64,000 nucleotides of DNA from an uncultured Desulfosarcina sp. (lineage in GTDB: Bacteria; Desulfobacterota; Desulfobacteria; Desulfobacterales; Desulfosarcinaceae): the NCBI GenBank assembly GCA_963674945.2, contig CAXXWQ010000003.1, forward strand, positions 992,001 to 1,056,000, read 5' to 3'. The first letter of the stretch is position 1. Each line of letters begins with the position of its first letter. Shown here in pieces: positions 59,203-64,000 of the stretch. Below the pieces are notes generated by a model that saw only the letters and a list, made by a program, of their open reading frames with translations, was not told where the DNA came from and did not search any database. Both the position numbers and the translations under genes were made by a program.

Positions 59203-60936
59203 ATGAAACGAAAGCACACCACCGCCAAATTATTGATCATCACACAAATCGTAGCAGTATTTTCCATCTGGACACCGGCCGTTGCTTCGACCATCCCGAA
59301 AACGCCGGATCTGTTTTCCTGGTTGGCGTCGCCCGATCCATTCATTGGGCAAATTTCACCGATGAATGGGGATTTCGATCTCGATCAGGTCATGCGATTT
59401 TACCAAAAGGTAGGGGTTTATCCCGTCTGGACCGGCCCTTCCGGCCTCTTGTACCAAGGGAAGACGTTGGTAGAGACCATTGCGAATGCGCCCCGGGCAG
59501 GATTCATAACGGCCGACTACCTCCCCCCCGATCCCGAAGCACCCATTCACGGAATTCGCTATCCGGGATCGACCGCGGCGCCCCACATGCAGTTGGATGT
59601 GATGCTTACCGCAGGCCTGATCCGGTATGCGACACACCTCTCCCAGGGCCGGGTAAACCCGGAAACGCTGTCCGGACACTGGGTGGCCCTTCGCCGTTCA
59701 GCCATCCGTGACATCCCTGCAGAATTGGCCATCGCCGTTCGGCAGGGCCGACTCGTGGCGTATATCGAATCACTCCATCCGAGGACAACGGCCTACGAAA
59801 AGCTGCGAGATGCCCTGAAACAATACGAAGTCATCGAACGGGCGGGTGGATGGCATATGATCGAACCGGGTCCATCCCTTCATACGGGTGACGTCGGTCC
59901 CCGGGTGGCGGCCCTTGTTCGTCGGCTTTGCGCCACGGGAGACATTTCGGACCAAATACCCCCGGATTATAAAATATTCGATGAGACGGTGGCGGAAGCC
60001 GTCGGTCATTTCCAACGACGGCATGGCCTGACGGCCGATGGCGTGGTCGGTAAGCAAACCTTGGGGGAACTGAACGTCTCCGTCCAGGCACGGATCCGAA
60101 AGATCAAACTCAATATGGAGCGCTGGCGCTGGTATCCGGACGATCTCGGCGATCGCTACATATGGGTAAATATTCCCTCATTTGCACTGAACGTTGTCGA
60201 TGGTGACCGGACCGTACACACCTCGCGCGTCATCGTGGGGAAGAGGAGCCGCAAGACCCCCATCATGTCAGGGCAAATGACATATCTGGAGGTCAATCCC
60301 TATTGGAACATTCCCAGAAAGATTGTCCGAAAAAACATCATACCCAAAGCCGCCGCCGATCCGGCCTACCTGATACGACAGGGCATCCGGGTCTTCGAGA
60401 GCTGGGATGAACAGGCACGGGAATTGGATCCATTGGCAATCTCCTGGGAAAAGCTGTCCCGGAACACGTTTCCCTATCGCCTCCGCCAGGATCCATCCCA
60501 ATTGAACGCCCTGGGTCAGGTCAAATTCATGTTTCCCAATGCCCAAAGTGTTTACATCCACGACACACCGGGAAAAAACCTGTTTGATCGCCGCATCCGA
60601 ACCTTCTCATCGGGATGCGTCCGTCTGGAAAACCCCATTTGCCTTGCCCAGTACCTCCTCAAAGACCAGGGATGGGACCGCCGCCGCCTGGAATCGGCGG
60701 TTGCCAATGAAAAGCGCAAAACCATCATTCTCGACAATCCCATAAACGTGCACCTGGCCTATTTTACCGCCTGGGTGGATCAGACGGGACAGGTTCATTT
60801 CGCAAAAGATATCTACGACCGGGACCGGCGCCTCCTGCTGGCCATGGAGGGTGCCGCGTCGAAAACGATACGATGTGAAAACGAGGAAGGCAAAGGCACC
60901 ATGCTGGCAAAATCGGATACGGCCGGCCACCTGTAG
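59203..60936 (+). CDS. L,D-transpeptidase (YcbB/LdtD-like)
   Basis: PG-binding FQRRHGLTADG; NMERWRW, VNIP, NPYWNIP and HDTP..SSGCVR motifs. Confidence 0.92.
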   Translation: MKRKHTTAKLLIITQIVAVFSIWTPAVASTIPKTPDLFSWLASPDPFIGQISPMNGDFDLDQVMRFYQKVGVYPVWTGPSGLLYQGKTLVETIANAPRAGFITADYLPPDPEAPIHGIRYPGSTAAPHMQLDVMLTAGLIRYATHLSQGRVNPETLSGHWVALRRSAIRDIPAELAIAVRQGRLVAYIESLHPRTTAYEKLRDALKQYEVIERAGGWHMIEPGPSLHTGDVGPRVAALVRRLCATGDISDQIPPDYKIFDETVAEAVGHFQRRHGLTADGVVGKQTLGELNVSVQARIRKIKLNMERWRWYPDDLGDRYIWVNIPSFALNVVDGDRTVHTSRVIVGKRSRKTPIMSGQMTYLEVNPYWNIPRKIVRKNIIPKAAADPAYLIRQGIRVFESWDEQARELDPLAISWEKLSRNTFPYRLRQDPSQLNALGQVKFMFPNAQSVYIHDTPGKNLFDRRIRTFSSGCVRLENPICLAQYLLKDQGWDRRRLESAVANEKRKTIILDNPINVHLAYFTAWVDQTGQVHFAKDIYDRDRRLLLAMEGAASKTIRCENEEGKGTMLAKSDTAGHL

Positions 60937-61046
60937 AAAGACTTCTCATCCATCCGACCAATGCGCAAGAAAAAATCCGTGTCCAGAGGACCCGGCTTTG
61001 GGCTCCCTTTGGAAAGGGAAATGCCCTGCGATCACGGTAAACGCAA

Positions 61047-61179
61047 CAGGAGTCAGAAGCCAGAAATTCAGGAGCCAGAATTTATCTGAAGTCGCTTCGC
61101 TCCATCGATTGAAAATGAGATGGATCGAGCCGAAGGCGAATACCTGATTCTGAATTCTGACTCCTGATTTCTGGATTCT
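61047..61179. repeat. Heptamer-arm palindromic element (CAGAAGC/CAGGAGT arms)
   Basis: Left arm CAGGAGT-CAGAAGC-CAGAAAT, right arm TTCTGA/CTCCTGA. Core TCGCTTCGCTCCATC is the reverse complement of the 41972/57727 core. Confidence 0.75.
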
Positions 61180-61266
61180 TTGTGGGGTCGAGTGGGCATC
61201 AGAAATATGAACAATTGATGTTTTTGGTTACCGATCGGCGACATATGGATTATACTTATCCCCACT

Positions 61267-62595
61267 ATGGATTGGTGGTTGATCGCAAAAGTGGCTTGGG
61301 GTGCCATTGGCTTCGGATTGGTGTTTCTGATGCTGATCATCGCATGGCGGGCCCGCAATATCGTCTCCTGGAACCGGGATATTCGAAAGGAGCTGAGAAG
61401 TCTGGCCAAAGAGGCCGAATCGGCATCGGAGGCCAGACGCGCCGGTATTGCCCGGATTCAGGAAAGATGCGATGCCATTTCCCGCACTCTTTCTCCTGCG
61501 GGTGTGGTCGGGGTCGAACAGTTGCATGCCTATATCCGCTCCATCGCGGCCTGTTCTAACCCGGATTCCACGCGCCCCGAACTCCAGGTGTCCTTAGGGC
61601 ATCTCATCAAAAGCATCGACATCTCCCTGTTTCGCTTTGACCGGATCATCCGACGTCCCGGTTTTCAACGGTTGAAATCCATCAACATCAAAACCGTCCG
61701 TAGTCTCTATCATTGGTCGGAGACACTGATGAAGCGACCGATGGTCCGTTGGCTTGTGGCACATCGGGACCAAATCGGGCCTTTCGGCTTGATCCGTCTG
61801 GTTGTCCTGCCCGATCCCATTTCATTGCTTCTGTTTCTCTCCCGGAAGATCGTCATCCTCGTGCTGATGAGAAACCTTTTGGTGGACATCACCCTTTTCG
61901 TTGGGAAACTGGCGTTGAACGCATATGACCAAAGTGATGGAAAACCGACGATGGAGGACGCCGAAATGCTCGAAGAGACCTTGATGGCGATGTCTCGTGT
62001 CGAAATACCGCCACAGACGGACCAGGACCCGGCAATCGCAGAAATTCGAAGGCAACTCGTCGGATTCTCCACCATCATGCTTTCTCCGCCCGCCTGGCGG
62101 GATGTAACGTCCGCTGTAGTCAAAGCGGCAGAGAACATCGCCGTCAAATATTTCCCCGATTCCGACCATCCCGTGGAAGAGGCCACCATCGGAGCCTTGC
62201 TGGATCGTTCCAGATCATGGCTGAAAACCCTGGGCAAGGGAGACAATATCACGATCGTCCGGTATATCTACAAGACGCGCCTCGAAACCATTTTTCAGGC
62301 CAAAGACGTCACCGATCTGGTCCTCACCCCCACGGTACGCAGCATCATCCGAACCTCTTTCGGCGCCTACGGTTGGCTCAAATGGCCCCTTCGCATCTAC
62401 CGCCGGGTCAAACGGTTCACGATTCCCCGGCTCGCCATGGACCTTGGCTGGTTCTTGGGGAAAAAATCTGCATTGGTATTGCTCTACGGCAGTGCGTTTG
62501 ACCATGCCTGCCGGGAACTGGAATGGGTGTACCGGATGTCTGCCGCTGCCGATGGTACCGCAAGAGAGGATCGATCCGACGATGATTCCGTTTAA
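61267..62595 (+). CDS. Hypothetical membrane-anchored protein with internal duplication
   Basis: 442-aa ORF; N-terminal TM; two IA....PDS..P motifs. Confidence 0.75.
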   Translation: MDWWLIAKVAWGAIGFGLVFLMLIIAWRARNIVSWNRDIRKELRSLAKEAESASEARRAGIARIQERCDAISRTLSPAGVVGVEQLHAYIRSIAACSNPDSTRPELQVSLGHLIKSIDISLFRFDRIIRRPGFQRLKSINIKTVRSLYHWSETLMKRPMVRWLVAHRDQIGPFGLIRLVVLPDPISLLLFLSRKIVILVLMRNLLVDITLFVGKLALNAYDQSDGKPTMEDAEMLEETLMAMSRVEIPPQTDQDPAIAEIRRQLVGFSTIMLSPPAWRDVTSAVVKAAENIAVKYFPDSDHPVEEATIGALLDRSRSWLKTLGKGDNITIVRYIYKTRLETIFQAKDVTDLVLTPTVRSIIRTSFGAYGWLKWPLRIYRRVKRFTIPRLAMDLGWFLGKKSALVLLYGSAFDHACRELEWVYRMSAAADGTAREDRSDDDSV

Positions 62596-62647
62596 TCCAT
62601 CGTACTTCACCAAGGAATCACGACGATGGTTTCGATGCGATCTGTTA

Positions 62648-64000
62648 TTAGAACACACGATGCACGATCCGTCCATCGAACAGCGTCATCTCCGCGCCGG
62701 CAGTATGGATCCGCTCTGGCGCCGACGTCAGGATGTTTTCGGAAAGAACCGCAAGATCCGCTTTTTTCCCGACCGCAATCTTTCCCAGGTCGTCGGCGCG
62801 ATGCACGGACGCAGGAGTCGCGGTGTAGGCACGAAGGGCCTCTTGGACGGTGACACGATTTTGCGGATACCATCCCTTTTCAGGGGTTCCGTCGGCTCGC
62901 TGCCGGGTCACCGCGGCATGGATTGCCGGCAACGGATCAGGATCGCACACCGGGCAGTCGGAACTGAACATCACCGGCACGGTTGTGTCCAACAACCGGC
63001 GAAAGGCATAGGTCCACCGGCCCTTTTCCCCCACTGCCCCGTCGATCAGGTTCATGTCCAGAATCATATTGGCCGGGGTTACGCAAAGCGCAAGATTCAA
63101 CGATCGCAGTTCATGGGCGTCCTCGGGCCGAATCATCTGCACGTGCTCGATGCGATGGGAAAGATAGGGGCGGGAACGACCCGTTTGCAGCCGCCGGGAC
63201 GAAAGACTGCGGAAAAGCCTGACGAGCTCGCGATTGGCGCGATCGCCAACGGCATGGACCATGACGGAAAGCCCCGCATTTTCCGCTTTTTCAACATCTG
63301 CGGCAAGATCGCCCATGTTCACCAAAGGCATACCGCAGCCGGCATCGAGAAAGGGGTCGATCATCCAGGCGGTGCGTGCCCCCATTCCGCCATCGGAAAA
63401 GAACTTGACGTGTCCGACACGCAATCGATCGTTGCCGAAACCGCTTCGAAGACCAAGCGCAATGATCCCGTCGAGGGCTTCCCCGCTCAGGGAAACCCAC
63501 GTTCTGAGGCCAAGGCGGCCTTCCTGGTCGAGCCGCTGGAACATCTGAAAGGCCCGGGCACCATCCTTGTCCGCCATCAGTCGGACGTCGTGAATACCGG
63601 TGATCCCCCGCCGGTGAAGGGCGGCGGTGGCATCCTCAAAGGCGGCAAGAAGTCCATCCGTATCCGGCGGTCCCATGGCCCGCCGCAATAAATTGATGGC
63701 CAGTTCCCGAAGAATGCCGGTGGGTGCTCCTGTTTGGTCGCGCTCGATCCTGCCTTCGGGCGGGTCCGGCGTGTTCGCATCGATACCGGCCGCCTGGAGG
63801 GCAACGGTGTTTGCCGCCGCCAGATGCAGGTCGCAACGCCACAGCAGTACCGGATGGTGGGGGGCTGCCCGGTCCAGTTCCTTCCGTGTGGGCATACAGG
63901 GCGCTGTCCAGTCCGTTTCGTTCCATCCCTGCCCCGTGATCCAGCGCCCATGGGGTGTGGTTACGGCGGCATCACCGACGCGACCCAAAAGCTCCTCGAT
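62648..64000 (-). CDS. Amidohydrolase (YtcJ / Amidohydro_3), 5' end outside window
   Basis: GQGWNE, KFFSDG, HAVGD, RIEHVQ, SSDCP and GKKADL motifs. Confidence 0.92.
   Translation of the reverse strand: MEELLGRVGDAAVTTPHGRWITGQGWNETDWTAPCMPTRKELDRAAPHHPVLLWRCDLHLAAANTVALQAAGIDANTPDPPEGRIERDQTGAPTGILRELAINLLRRAMGPPDTDGLLAAFEDATAALHRRGITGIHDVRLMADKDGARAFQMFQRLDQEGRLGLRTWVSLSGEALDGIIALGLRSGFGNDRLRVGHVKFFSDGGMGARTAWMIDPFLDAGCGMPLVNMGDLAADVEKAENAGLSVMVHAVGDRANRELVRLFRSLSSRRLQTGRSRPYLSHRIEHVQMIRPEDAHELRSLNLALCVTPANMILDMNLIDGAVGEKGRWTYAFRRLLDTTVPVMFSSDCPVCDPDPLPAIHAAVTRQRADGTPEKGWYPQNRVTVQEALRAYTATPASVHRADDLGKIAVGKKADLAVLSENILTSAPERIHTAGAEMTLFDGRIVHRVF

Overview
A 64-kb window of mostly core and accessory chromosome. 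Gene content (HdrA/MvhD and NuoEF-like redox modules, several sigma-54 activators, 2-oxoacid:ferredoxin oxidoreductase) points to an anaerobic deltaproteobacterium, probably Desulfobacterales-like; this is inferred from content only. Main blocks in order: ybaK; a VTC / DUF4956 / 2x DUF4353 cluster; a sigma-54-driven nuoE-nuoF-nuoG(N)-hdrA/mvhD operon with its PAS-bEBP; an eroded periplasmic region (arylsulfatase, DUF389, DUF3015-DUF4105, beta-barrel, glucosaminidase, several gene fragments); an orphan SCP2 + GcvH pair; 5'-nucleotidase, FHA-GGDEF and PLD genes; korABC; an AT-richer island with FadL, Lrp, SDR, KstD-like, MarR and O-methyltransferase genes; a MacAB-type ABC exporter; an L,D-transpeptidase; and an amidohydrolase. 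The best candidate for an undescribed system is a sigma-54 operon at 34.8-40.2 kb, coupled by overlapping or near-adjacent starts and stops: 15-aa uORF, GNAT, ATP-grasp ligase, fold-III PLP decarboxylase, 67-aa zinc-ribbon/acidic miniprotein and radical SAM, divergent from a pseudo-receiver bEBP. It looks like a carrier-protein- or peptide-based biosynthetic pathway. Several short palindromic repeat families are also present, including one copy inserted in frame in the radical SAM gene. No rRNA, tRNA, CRISPR array or intact transposase was seen. All family calls come from motif recognition by eye, not from database searches.
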